From the NCBI GenBank assembly GCA_024626585.2, contig JANKJI020000002.1, positions 33,994,080 through 34,012,428 of the forward strand: a DNA stretch of 18,349 bases. The letters run 5' to 3'. Below, piece by piece: positions 1 through 11,693 of the stretch. Origin of the DNA: Ginkgo biloba (Eukaryota; Plantae; Ginkgophyta). The notes beneath the pieces were generated by a model. The model was not told where the DNA came from, did not search any database, and worked only from the letters and a program-made list of their open reading frames with translations. Every line of letters begins with the position of its first letter. Positions within the stretch are counted from its first letter, which is position 1. The position numbers were made by a program, and so were the translations under genes.

Positions 1-810
1 TCTTAGGTTATTTATGTGGAATTCAAGATATGATATAAGATAGGGAAGACAAGCTAGGAGGTTGACCCCTTAGATGGGTGATAGAGGGAAAAATTACCTA
101 GCAAGGGATTATAAGGATTTTAGGGATTTATGACCCCAAAAAAATTTGAAAGGACACATCCCATGAATCCTGGTTCACTTGGTCTAATTTTAGGCTCAAG
201 CATGATGGAATCCTTAAAATATTAGATAGATTCCTAATCTCAGTAGATAATGTCTTTAGAATTCAAACTGATTTAGGTAGGTCTATTAAATTTATCAACC
301 ATACTTCTCTATTGGATGACATCCCTATCTCCTTCCATATTTCTTGGAAGGAGGAAAAAGTACTAGGAAATAGAACCTCCTTTAAAAGTAATGTATCTCA
401 TCTACAACTTTTAAGATATTTAGCAAGTATCAAGCTCACTTTTCATGTGCAACCTAAGCCATTAGGAGATAGTAGCTAGATTGATTGGTGGAACCAAGTT
501 ATCTCTAGAGTCACCTATTATCTTAGAGGATATGGAAGGAATGTTGTATCCATTTAAATAAAATAAGAGAAGGAGGTTAATAAGGAGATTACCTAGGCCA
601 AGCAAAGGCTAGAGGAATCCCCTTTTGACAAAGCCATGCAATCCAGGGATGCTAAGCTTACTCGCGCTTCTAGAACAAATGAAGCCAAGAAGGTCAACAG
701 AGCTCAACTTCGGCCAAGGTTACACTAGTTTAAGATTGGAGACAGGCCCTCCAAGCAATTTTTTCAAACACTTAGGAAAATAAAAATCTTAGAGCAAATT
801 CTAGCCATCA
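1..810 (+). mobile_element. Degenerate non-LTR retrotransposon (L1/Tx1-type LINE) ORF2: C-terminal half of the APE endonuclease plus linker
   Basis: Frame +3 manual translation with stops. LCGIQDMI*DREDKLGG (12-62) resembles the GDFN region. WFTWSNFR...ILKILDRFLIS (from 171) matches the FTW...RLDRF motif. LLDDIPI resembles SDHxPI, and FKSNVSHL follows. RAQLRPRLH*FKIGDRPSKQFF (from 699) matches the R(S/A)RxxWxxxGDxxxKxFF linker motif. The right boundary is approximate. Confidence 0.85.
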
Positions 811-984
811 GGCGAGGCAACTCCAGAATCATGTCACAGCAGACAACTAACAAGAGTGCAAACATACTTTTTAACTCCTCTTTGATTAGGCATGTAGGAG
901 TAGAGGATTTGGAAATTGAAAATCATTCAACATTCTGTTTGTTTGTATAAACTATTCTGCAATGGCTTCTTATACTTGCCTTCT

Positions 985-1470
985 CTTGTTTGTGCGGCCT
1001 CTATTTGCAATGCGTTGTTCACTGTATCTTCCATTATAGTAGGTCATCTGACCATTAACCCCTTAATAGATGTGTAATTTCAATTTATGAATAATATAGT
1101 AAATCCTATACCTCATTGGAAAAACTAACAATCGAGAAACCAACCCATCTAGTTTATTGCTAAAATTATATAATCATACTCTATTCTAAGCATATTATCT
1201 ATNNNNNNNNNNNNNNNNNNNNNNNNNNNNNNNNNNNNNNNNNNNNNNNNNNNNNNNCATAATGGATTTTATTTTTGTCTAAGTATTGACTAATTATCAC
1301 ATTCCATATTATACTTCCATTTGAACATCTTTCCACCATTCCTTAGCAGGTCCTCTTAGCATTATTATACCATAGCCACCTTGTGCTCTTCCAATATCTA
1401 TAAAGAAAGAAAAATATTTTAACTATCCTTATTTATGTTCTCAAAGAGAATCTCGCTCCCCTTCCATCAG
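985..1470 (-). mobile_element. Degenerate LTR-retrotransposon gag (Ty3/Gypsy-type capsid) remnant
   Basis: The minus strand gives EEHKVAMV/MLRGPAKEWWKDVQ (~1395-1321), the KVxxAxxxLxGxAxxWW capsid motif. Further on it gives IKGLMVR*PTIMEDTVNNALQIEA (~1066-995), a PxTxxxAxxxAxxxE motif. Stops, frameshifts and an N gap interrupt it. Confidence 0.65.
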
Positions 1471-2418
1471 NNNNNNNNNNNNNNNNNNNNNNNNNNNNNN
1501 NNNNNNNNNNNNNNNNNNNNNNNNNNNNNNTAGGCTCACTTGTGCCTAGGTTTATCATCATGTCAATTATTTGATTCTTAAGGAACTTCCTCCAAAGAAG
1601 ACTTTTATTAGCTCATATTATTCTAGAGAATATTATTATAGTTCTACGAGTAATTTTAAATCCATCATATTTATCCTATGATGATAAGTGAGGATTGGAT
1701 TATTAGTCTTTTATCCTTATGTTAAACCTCTTTATCCTCTCTTCTATATTANNNNNNNNNNNNNNNNNNNNNNNNNNNNNNNNNNNNNNNNNNNNNNNNN
1801 NNNNNNNNNNNNNNNNNNNNNNNNNNNNNNNNNNNNNNNNNNNNNNNNNNNTAGGGATTTCAATCGTCATTCATCATTAAGTAATTCAAGACCCAGGTTA
1901 CCTACTTATAAATGATTCAATAGGGTGCATGGTCATCATTTTCCATCAAGAAACTCAAGTTATCAACGATTCAATAACGACATTAGTAAAGGCTCTAACA
2001 ACAAAGAAAGGATGAGAAACATAGTGTTTAGGCTCAAATTATAAGGAATGATGCATTAGAAAGCATCTCAAATCTAATAAAGAAGAGAAAAAATATTTAA
2101 AGAATGTGGTGATCTACACTTATTGGCAAATAGGGTAATAAATTGTTAACTAGGTATATGAACCTTGGGATTCAACACTTTTAGATTTAACTTTTATTTT
2201 TAAGTTAGTTTTTATTTAGCTATAAAGTTTTTATCTATATGACCATGACATTATTAAGTTTCAACCACATGCATTTATCTTGTATACTTAAATTTGAATT
2301 TTTTTTAGATAAATAAGCTTCTCTAAGTCAAGTGTAATATTAAACTTAATTATTAACTAATTATAACAAATTTCTTATTTTATATATAGATTTAAGGACA
2401 TGACATTTTTTAGATAAA

Positions 2419-4190
2419 ATGGTGGACACAAAGTATAAATATGAGGAGTGTAAGTATATTAGTTGGGGATTTCCTAATAAGCTAAAATGTAAACCATGCA
2501 ACCCTCAATTCATAGGAAATCTAACAAGAGCTAGGTATCATCTCCTTTCCCTCACTGCTAGTCATGGAGGTGGTGTTTAGGACTATCCAAAAATACACTA
2601 AAAATTAGAAATGCATTAGTTNNNNNNNNNNNNNNNNNNNNNNNNNNNNNNNNNNNNNNNNNNNNNNNNNNNNNNNNNNNNNNNNNNNNNNNNNNNNNNN
2701 NNNNNNNNNNNNTTATGTCTACATATAATTTTTCTATGCACATAGCTTGAAGTGCCATATTTAAGTCTCTACAAAATCCAATAAAGAAATAACATGTTGA
2801 TGATGCCATGGGTGATTTTTTTTATGTAAATGGTATCCCATTGAATATGGAAATATATCCTTATTTTTGTAATATATTTTAGCAAGTTGTGGAGTTTGGT
2901 GAGGTCTATAGACCACCTTCTTCNNNNNNNNNNNNNNNNNNNNNNNNNNNNNNNNNNNNNNNNNNNNNNNNNNNNNNNNNNNNNNNNNNNNNNNNNNNNN
3001 NNNNNNNNNNNNNNNNNNNNNNNNNNNNNNNNNNNNNNNNNNNNNNNNNNNNNNNNNNNNNNNNNNNNNNNNNNNNNNNNNNNNNNNNNNNNNNNNNNNN
3101 NNNNNNNNNNNNNNNNNNNNNNNNNNNNNNNNNNNNNNNNNNNNNNNNNNNNNNNNNNNNNNNNNNNNNNNNNNNNNNNNNNNNNNNNNNNNNNNNNNNN
3201 NNNNNNNNNNNNNNNNNNNNNNNNNNNNNNNNNNNNNNNNNNNNNNNNNNNNNNNNNNNNNNNNNNNNNNNNNNNNNNNNNNNNNNNNCTATTACTACAA
3301 TATTTGGGCAAATTGCCTTGGGTGAATGGGGAAAAACAATTGCAAATTTTGTTGTCAACCATCTTCACGTTGAGAATGTATAGGAAGCATGCAATGAAAG
3401 GGTTGCTTATGCCATGTGACATAAGATTTTCCACTTACTACATTAGATTAGAGTGATTCATTCAGAAGAAGGCTTCTCTAATGTTGATTGCGTGTAATAA
3501 TGAGTGGGATAGATCTCCTCTTTCAAAAACTTCTAAATAAAATCTTATGGAAGAAATAATTATGAGAAGTAATTTTTAGGATAGTGTTGAAAGGGTTATA
3601 AACTTGTGTGATCTTACTATGAAGGTGCTTTGTTTGGTTGATAGTGATACCCCTTGCATGTTTTTTATTTATAAGGGCATGGACCATTTCAAGGATGTTA
3701 TTAAAAGAGTATTCAATAATAACATTGGCGTAGAATATGGTTGATTTTAAATGGAAAATGATGCATAGCCCTTTATATGTAGCAACATTATATTCAGACC
3801 TTAGGATGATTAGGTTAAAGAGAAATGGAGATAATAAAATAATAAGCAAACCATATGTAGCAATTAAAAAGTTAAACTTAGATAGAGAAGTTACAAAGAG
3901 GGTAAGAGAACAACTTAAGGTACGCAATGCACAAGAAGGGGAAATTTGAGAGTGTTGTAGTTAAAGACATTAGAGCTTGAATTACTCCAAGAGTATGGTG
4001 GGATTTCTATGGTGCAAAAGCACTTGAATTACAATGGTTTTCTTTCTGAGTGTTGAGTCAAGGANNNNNNNNNNNNNNNNNNNNNNNNNNNNTGGAGTGC
4101 CTTTGCTTTTATTAACTCAAAGAGCATAAATCAATAAACATTATGAAATTTAGATGATCTTGCTTATATCCATAGTAATCTACAATTGTC
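2419..4190 (+). pseudogene. hAT-superfamily transposase pseudogene (BED zinc finger - DUF659-like core - C-terminal dimerisation domain)
   Basis: ATG at 2419 is followed by KLKCKPCNPQFIGNLTRARYHLL (BED finger). Collinear motifs follow: HVDDAMGDFFYVNGIPLN...YPYF...FGEVYRPPS (2793-2921); LGKLPWV/KTIANFVVNH/LLMPCDIRFSTYY (~3303-3440); VLCLVDSDTPCMFFIYKGMD (~3625-3685); VDFKWKMMHSPLYVA (from 3740); PRVWWDFYGAKALELQWFSF*VLSQ (~3987-4062); WSAFAFINSK...LDDLAYIHSNLQL (4092-4188). Many stops and frameshifts. TIRs not identified. Confidence 0.92.
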
Positions 4191-4927
4191 TACTCATAAT
4201 GTAGCTAAAGATTCATCCAATGTTTCTTCTTCATGAGTAAAATGTATTCTAAAAGAAGATGATGTAGAACATAAAAGCACTCATGGTAGCTTTGGTTATG
4301 NNNNNNNNNNNNNNNNNNNNNNNNNNNNNNNNNNNNNNNNCTATGAGTATATTTTAAATAATATAACTAAGATAACTGAGTATCCTTTCAACCCAATAAC
4401 CATGCCCCTAAGCAAGTATACTTCAACCTGTTGCCAATTTATACAAACAAGACCATATAAAAATACAAAAACCAATATGGAGCTCATAGTCAGCCATAAG
4501 ATACAATCAATATTTATGAAGAAAATTGAAATGATATGGAGAACAGATGATTCTAGTATTTTGGAGCTGAGCCAGGTTTTTGTCATTTCATTTAAACACT
4601 ATATGACTTAAATGACATTGCTTAGTTGCATATTGCTGGCGAGTCCAATAGGGTTGATTGGTTTTGTGATGTTGTCAGTTTAGCCTTATTGAGAAAAGTT
4701 GCATAGGATCATATGCAACATCTTATTTGTGTATTATGCTAAACACTTGTATACAATGATTAGTTCTATAGAGTTAGTTCTAATTTTTCTTCTTGTATTT
4801 CAAACACATAGGATCACAACCTCCAAATTATTGAAGTTCTTCTGCTTTATCTTCTTGTCCAGGGTTTTCATCCCTACTTATTTTGGAAACATCAATTATT
4901 TACTATTTTTCCCTTTTTGTTTTGCAG

Positions 4928-4995
4928 AACTAATCAGGAGACATCATCTTTCTTGTTTTCCTGCTTATGGTGAAATTGACATTAGTGCTTTGATG
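4928..4995 (+). other. Exon-like segment (68 nt) of unknown gene; open only as (E)LIRRHHLSCFPAYGEIDISALM
   Basis: It has a long polypyrimidine tract and TTTTGCAG acceptor ending at 4927, and a consensus donor ATG|GTAAGC at 4996. Flanks are T-rich on the + strand and the other two frames contain stops. I do not recognise the peptide. Confidence 0.45.
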
Positions 4996-6279
4996 GTAAG
5001 CTATATAAGATTCTTTTCTTCTTTTTGGCAAATCTTAGTATGGTTCAGGTGGTTGTGGCATCAATTACATAAATACACGTTTGCAAGAACAATTGGAATC
5101 TTATCAAATTTCAATTAAGAAAAACTCCAAATATTTTAAATCATAGTGCTAGTTATTTCATATATAGTGGCAACAAGGTCCAACACTACCATTNNNNNNN
5201 NNNNNNNNNNNNNNNNNNNNNNNNNNNNNNNNNNNNNNNNNNNNNNNNNNNNNNNNNNNNNNNNNNNNNNNNNNNNNNNNNNNNNNNNNNNNNCAAGACT
5301 TAGGGTTTAGATAACAATAGGATAAATAAATAGTTAATGTGTAAAGGAAGGATTTTTTAAATCACACAAAATCTTCCTACATTATATGTAACCATAAATT
5401 CACGATATCATCCATAAAATAACTTAAAATATAATTCCCTATATAGGCATTCTGATCATGCATTGAATTGCCATAATCTTTTTATATTAATCCATATTAG
5501 TAAAAAGAATGCTTTTCAGTAAACTAGGCTTTCTAAGTACTTATAGTTTGATGGAACATACATCATAAAATCCTATCTCTAATAGAGTCTTCTAAAGTTA
5601 TTAGTTTTAAAAAAATCCTATATTAGATTCTAAAGGAATAGAAAGTTGTTCTTTTACCAACAACTAAGAAAGGGGCACACTCTTCCTCAAAGGCCTACAT
5701 CACTTTTTAAAGGTACCTTACATAACTACAACCAAGAAATGTCCTCAAGATGATGATGTCACCTTAGGATGATATGCCCTAACTTTTGGAAGAAAAATGG
5801 TTGTAGTGAGATGTCACTGATTCAACCACATAAAGATAATTCATATCTAATTTTTTCTTGTTATAGAATGCATAATAAGCCAAAGAATGATAAGAAGCCA
5901 AAAAATAGATGAAGAATTCCAAATCTATAAAATAAACCTTAAAGAGTCAAAGTTGCCAAGCCTAAACATGACTCTCCTTATATAATAAAATTAGGTTGTC
6001 ATGAACTTTATAGACTGGCTAGACTTGTGTTAAAACTCTCCTAATCCTAACAATTAATCTACGAGTTTGTCTTCCTTATGCTACTCTCTTGATGGAGGTA
6101 GCCTGAAATGGGATTTATGTTTAAACTTTAATAATTTCTNNNNNNNNNNNNNNNNNNNNNNNNNNNNNNNNTTCTTTCTTATTAGTACTACTGCAACTAT
6201 TAATTATTGTATGCACATATTGTCTTCCTTACTTATTTCGTTACTTTTCTAAGGCTAAGTTTGCCTAAACTGACTAGCC

Positions 6280-6879
6280 TATAACACTTGGGAGGAATAC
6301 TCATATTTTATCGAATGTACCTACAAAAATTCTTAACATAAGTCCAATAGCCTAATCTCTTTTAAATCAGTATAAATATGCACCCCTAATACATGCTTAA
6401 ATTATATTGTATAAGGAAAATCAATTAGAATTAATAAACTACTTGAAGAAATGGGAGGTATCATTAAGTAAATTCAAGAGAAATTCACTTAAGCACTATA
6501 TAGTTATAAGTATCAAATTGATACGAATTGGCAATTGAAAAAAATATATCACCAATGATAAACTACTATTACGCATTACTTCTTATTGTTATAATACATA
6601 TGACTTCATCCATCGTAAATTGCAACCTCACTTTTATGGACCATTTGAGATCATTCTAAAAAAATAATCCATTAGTTATACATAATCTGCCATCGAATTA
6701 GAGAAAAATGTACCCAATACATCATATATAGTGACCATATTACTTTTTATATGTACTGATACTAGAGATTAATATTAATTTCATTCTATAATTTCTTGGG
6801 AAAATAAAGTAATGTTAGTAACTATGATATACATAATTGAATTGAGGGTAAAGGCATTGCATAATCAAATTATCATAGA
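6280..6879 (+). mobile_element. Degenerate Ty3/Gypsy (chromovirus-like) pol remnant: end of integrase core, GPY/F motif, start of chromodomain
   Basis: NTWEEYSYFIECTYKNS*HKS...SFK (~6283-6370) resembles WxxxLPxxEFAYNNSxHxSxxxSPF. RKLQPHFYGPFEII (~6614-6655) is the GPY/F motif, followed by HNLPSN*RKMYP. IIELRVKALHNQII (~6830-6875) resembles the ILDxxVxxLRNxxI chromodomain entry. It may extend upstream to ~5830 with weaker similarity. Confidence 0.75.
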
Positions 6880-6979
6880 NNNNNNNNNNNNNNNNNNNNN
6901 NNNNNNNNNNNNNNNNNNNNNNNNNNNNNNNNNNNNNNNNNNNNNNNNNNNNNNNNNNNNNNNNNNNNNNNNNNNNNNN

Positions 6980-7200
6980 CACTGGCAGTCTGCCAGTCAC
7001 CTAAGTGACTAGTAACTAGTAACTAGTGAGGATAGTAATCACCTTAGTGATTGGTAACTATAAAGGATGATAGTCACCTACTGAATCTTAGAAAAATAAA
7101 CCAAGGAGAAGATAGTCATTAGAGTGGCTTAGAGTGCAAGTCAGTCAGCTATCAACTGGAAAGTGAACTGAAGTACATGCTAGTCACTTGCCCACTAGGA
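6980..7200. repeat. Cluster of short palindromes and micro-repeats built on AGTCAC/GTGACT/ACTAGT
   Basis: ACTGGCAG-T-CTGCCAGT (6981-6997), AGTCAC-CTAA-GTGACT (6995-7010), ACTAGTA tandem x~3 (7008-7027), and recurrent (GAT)GATAGTCA motifs downstream. Confidence 0.7.
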
Positions 7201-7296
7201 GATGATAGTCTGTTATGTAAACGGGAAAATAGTAGCGATTGGACATTTTTATGTCAGCTGATAGGAAAAGGAAGAGGTATTTTCACTTTTACAGGA

Positions 7297-7475
7297 TAAC
7301 CAACTATTTTTTGTGTTTTTCTCAAACAACCAACTCCTTGTTTGTATTTTTCCCTTGAATAGTTAGCCTTTGTCTTTTTCCAACATAATCAACTCACTGT
7401 TTATCTTTTCCCCTTTCACAGTCAATTGATTGTTTATCTCTTTCCAAAATAGCCAAATATGTTTTTATTCTTTTG
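7297..7475. repeat. Degenerate tandem repeat, ~26-33 bp unit x6
   Basis: Units begin at 7297 (TAACCAACTA), 7327 (CAACCAACTC), 7360 (TAGTTAGCCT), 7386 (TAATCAACTC), 7419 (CAGTCAATTG) and 7450 (TAGCCAAATA). Each is followed by a TGTTTRTYTTTTYCC-like tract. Confidence 0.7.
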
Positions 7476-8567
7476 GAGTAAGTTTTTAATATCCTTGTTA
7501 TATTCCTTTGATTATTCAACATTTACTTTTAACTTTATATTTTGTTAAAGTTCAATTTTATATAATGTCTTAAGGAATATGTTGTGCCATTTTCATAGAG
7601 AGATAGCGAGATGGATTTATACACTAGAATCAGTTATAGGAAGGGATAGCGTGGGACTATCTGTACATAGGATCTAATTGGGCAGGTGTTACAAAGATTA
7701 CAAAAGTATAAAAGGCTAGATTATCCCTTAGTTTATAGATTCAATGATTTTTCATAAAGAAGGTTTATCTTATATCCTTCACCAATGGGTACATCATTTG
7801 GTATTATAATGATATATTTTTATGTTTGATAAAAATATCAATTTTCTTTTTATTATTCTAATTTTAAACTTTTTTNNNNNNNNNNNNNNNNNNNNNNNNN
7901 NNNNCTTATTTTTCCAGTAACATCAAGTTCTCCTTATATATACAACTTATCATCATAATGCCTACGCAAAATCTTGGCATCTTATGTGCTCGCTTATTAG
8001 TTAAGACCACCCATATTAGATAATCTAAATATTACACGACATAAGTAGAAATATTGCGCTGTTGAACACCGTATATGCATAGAATTCAAAGTGGGTGATA
8101 AAGCATTGGTTTGCTATTCTCCAGGAGAAAAAAAAGATTAACTAAATATTTNNNNNNNNNNNNNNNNNNNNNNNNNNNNNNNNNNNNNNNNNNNNNNNNN
8201 NNNNNNNNNNNNNNNNNNNNNNNNNNCATTTGTTACAGATCTCATCATTATATCAATTTTATTTACATGAACCTCTTGTATTGAGAGAGGGGGGACTATT
8301 AAGATGGTTGATGAAATATAAATTAGGATAAGCGACCATATTAGGGCCATACTATAAAAATGCTTGATGCCCATATAAATAAAGATGGATAACCATATGC
8401 AAAGTTAAAAACTAAGTAAATATAGTAGGGAAATATCTGTCATATATCAATTGCTAATTGGATTAATGCATAAGTATGCCTTGTCATTAGCTATTGATGG
8501 TATCACATTTATGCATAAAAGGACAGGAATAATTTAAAAAGAGAAAGTATCTGTCAATTACATTGTG

Positions 8568-10196
8568 TGTAATAGTGTGTGGCATTCAATAAGCATGGTA
8601 TATTAATACTCTTTTTTGAATATTATATTTTAAGGCAAGCATACACCATGCATTATTTTAATTCATAATGTACCTACTTGATAATAAATCTTAAATTTAG
8701 TCTAGCCTAAATGTCCTATACACTTTACACTTTAACATGAATCATTTGTGGCATGCTCATCTACCCAAAATGACCTTACCATGTGCATGCTTAACTTAAT
8801 TAACCCATGTTTTCTTTATTCCTTACCAGTAAAGCATTTATTTTTGCACGTTCTTAAATAATTTTTAAGACCTCTTTACTTGAATCTATTATCCATACTT
8901 CCCAATATAATTATTCCTCCTATTCTAATTCACTTGTGTCCTTAGTATCCCACCCAACCATCATCCATCCTATCACAATTCCCTAGTGATTACCACCCCA
9001 TGACTACAATCCTCACATCCATCATCTCTTANNNNNNNNNNNNNNNNNNNNNNNNNNNNNNNNNNNNNNNNNNNNNNNNNNNNNNNNNNNNNNNNNNNNN
9101 NNNNNNNNNNNNNNNNNNNNNNNNNNNNNNNAAATTAATGGTATCTTTTGTAGTTTTCTAGGTAGATTGAGGACATAATTATATTTCATTGTTGTGTATG
9201 GTAAATCAAAGGATCTACATGTTGTTTTAGGGATATAAATTCCCTAGGGTAGGTCACCCTTAGTCAAAGGGTTGTTTTATGCGATCCATGGCTATTTATA
9301 GATGTAATTATAATTAATAAATACTATATGCATTATTTTTCATAATTTGCCCTACCTATGCTAACAAACCCTAGTGAGAGACTAGGGTGGTAGGAAGCAC
9401 AACCGAAGACATGTTGGGGGATGAAAGCCTTAGGATTGATGTGCCTTGATATGATGATTTATTTCGCCTTTTAGCATGAATTTTTATAAGGGCTACTGAC
9501 AATAGAGTAGGTAAATGCCCTAAGGGTATCTTTGTTGCCTACTAATCTAGAGTTATTGGTGTAACTCCAGAGTCTCATAATTGTTGGTGTAGTTAGGGAT
9601 GGGTTCGCTATAGATAGAACCTTGACCATGGTCTGGGTGTACAAACATCATGGTCATTAGATCGGGTAGGGTTACCAGTTGGGGTTTATTGGTGTAGCCC
9701 GTAGGGTTTATTCCAAAAACCATACTGTTAGTAAAAAAAAGGATACCAAACAGTTGTTTGAGGAATTATCTTGATGCCAAGAGGGGTCAGAGATAGACCT
9801 ACACTTGGCATTCTCATTTAGTGCAGGGTGATGGGGTGGAGTCTAGTGGATCATACATAGTTGATAGGCATTGGCAGTTGCATTTATGCATTGGAGGTTT
9901 GATTGCCTGCATTAGTAAGCCTCAAGAGTCGATCCCCATTGTCAATAGAAGGTGGCTAGAGTTCCTACTATAGATCATTCTTGGTCAAATAGTTTATCTT
10001 GTTGAAACTTATACTTGTATTCTATTTATCATTGTGCATTAATTAACATAAATATCTGTTGTATATGGGTTTCTACTACTTTGTATAAATGAATGTATTT
10101 TTTATTTCTAATCACTTGATTAAAAGTGCCTAATACTCTTATGCATAATGATACTTATTTGTAGATTAAAGTACTTTATTGTGCAGGACTATTATA
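8568..10196 (+). mobile_element. Long terminal repeat (~1.6 kb, Tekay/Del-like Gypsy 5' LTR)
   Basis: It starts TGTAATAGT (8568-8576) and ends ACTATTATA (10188-10196), which is the inverted terminus ACTATTACA with one C>T change. A PBS follows 1 nt later. The left boundary rests on the 9-bp terminal inverted repeat only. Confidence 0.7.
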
Positions 10197-10197
10197 G

Positions 10198-10210
10198 TGG
10201 TATCAAAGCC
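10198..10210 (+). other. Primer-binding site complementary to initiator tRNA-Met 3' end
   Basis: TGGTATCAAAGCC versus canonical TGGTATCAGAGCC (one G>A change), immediately after the LTR end. Confidence 0.85.
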
Positions 10211-11179
10211 CAAATTCGAAGCTGCATTTTTCATAGTAGAATCTTTCCTGTGTTGTCCTTCATGAATGTTAACATCGATATCAACACTTCAATCAAGCAT
10301 AACCACTAGCAACTGGTTTTAGCTACAACTTGAACTTCTCAACACTCTACTAGTTTAATGAAGGAGTATATTAAAATTGTAAGACCTCAACTGCATACAA
10401 GTCTCTTTGCAAACTACTTGATCCCACTAGAAAAAAAACATACACTGGAAAAAGATCTAGAAGAAAGGACCTACAATCGGTACTAACACCTTCCTCTTGC
10501 TTGTTGTCCCTTTAAGGTGCCTAATGTCCCTCTACATTTAGCCTTTTTAAAGATAGAAGAAAATATTGCACTAAATAAAGATTATCAACCAAAACCTAAA
10601 ATTGCAATTAAGTCAATTCTATTTCTTAGGTTGGAAGGAGAATAAAGGATTAGAAGAACTATAACAAATACAAATAAGAAACATAATTATAAAGGAAAAA
10701 TCATAAAGATCGATTTGGAAAATTTGATCTCTTATTACAAAAATTATAAAAGGTCCATAATTGAGTAAAACTAGATACATTATAGTTTAAAGGTTGTAGT
10801 GACAATTTGACATGCTTCGTCCTATTAGCATTATGAAAAGGCACCATCCTGCATATAAGTGTTGTATGGAATCACTTACATATTTTTGCTATACATAGGT
10901 TTAAGGATGAAGAGGTGAGAAATTATTCTTATGCATTTTTTTTACAATCTTATTAGTAGTGAGTGCAAAGATATCCTCAAAAGACTTATATTTTCATACA
11001 TCAAATTATAATCAAAATGGTGTAACTCGGGTGTTTAGGCACTTAAGACTTTACATGAAGTTAATCACTAAATAAGAGATTATAAAGTTAGCAATGAAAA
11101 TAAGAACTACATGCAAAGCATAGGGGACACAACATATATGGTAGAAAACATGAAAAATTAATTCTAGCACAAACCTAAA

Positions 11180-11690
11180 AGCGAGTCTCTCCTTAAAAAT
11201 AAAAATAAAAATTCCACGGTGGTAAAAAACATTGCTAAACCCTAGATAACATATTTCATACGTTATTGCAAAATTCGCCATAGTTGAAACCAATGAACGA
11301 TTTCAATCATTTCCATGTCAATGGACGGGAACAACCTCCTCCGACATCGATTTGAAATTGCCGTCAACAAGAGCATAACCCAGGGAACGGCGCTACCGTT
11401 ATTTAGCTGCATCATCCCCGTAGTGACGTTAAGGGAACATCCTCCCTCCACGCAACCATGAGAAAGGAAACATGTTCTACGTCAACTGACGGAGACAGAA
11501 CCTGAATTTCTATGTGAACAAGGCCTATCCGANNNNNNNNNNNNNNNNNNNNNNNNNNNNNNNNNNNNNNNNNNNNNNNNNNNNNNNNNNNNNNNNNNNN
11601 NNNNNNNNNNNNNNNNNNNNNNNNNNNNNNNNNNNNNNNNNNNNNNNNNNNNNNNNNNNNNCAGCTTAGACTCATTTTTTGCTTTCATTC
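11180..11690. promoter_or_regulatory. CpG-retaining promoter region of eIF2-alpha (possibly bidirectional)
   Basis: CG dinucleotides are frequent here but scarce in the flanking TE DNA. Motifs: telo-box AAACCCTA (11237-11244), inverted AACGG...CCGTT pair (11386-11400), TGACGT (11424-11429), CGTCA-AC-TGACG (11480-11491). The TSS is probably in or near the N gap 11533-11661. Confidence 0.6.
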
Positions 11691-11693
11691 AAG

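Noticed and set aside
982-1047. Possible minus-strand exon with a GC donor
   Set aside because: It lacks a polypyrimidine tract and is better explained as part of the gag remnant.
1991-2003. Possible minus-strand PBS for the gag remnant (GGCTCTAACAACA)
   Set aside because: Three mismatches to the tRNA-Met PBS and no adjacent LTR terminus.
2769-3927. Long ORF-track entries on both strands
   Set aside because: They are open only because of N runs, or are antisense shadows or fragments of the hAT pseudogene.
5300-5309. Isolated TTAGGGTTTA telomere-like motif (similar single motifs occur elsewhere)
   Set aside because: Single copies within TE-like DNA, not an interstitial telomeric array.
7297-7475. 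CRISPR-like array
   Set aside because: The units are contiguous and degenerate with no unique spacers, there are no cas genes, and the context is eukaryotic.
10880-10888. Possible 9-nt minus-strand micro-exon before a GTAAGT donor
   Set aside because: The acceptor is weak and there is no peptide context to support it.
11262-11281. Minus-strand MANFAIT resembles the N-terminus of plant CAND1 (MANxxIT..LEKMTGKDKD)
   Set aside because: Only seven residues match, and no LEK or MTGKDKDYRYMATSD exon was found in readable sequence. This is insufficient to name the gene.
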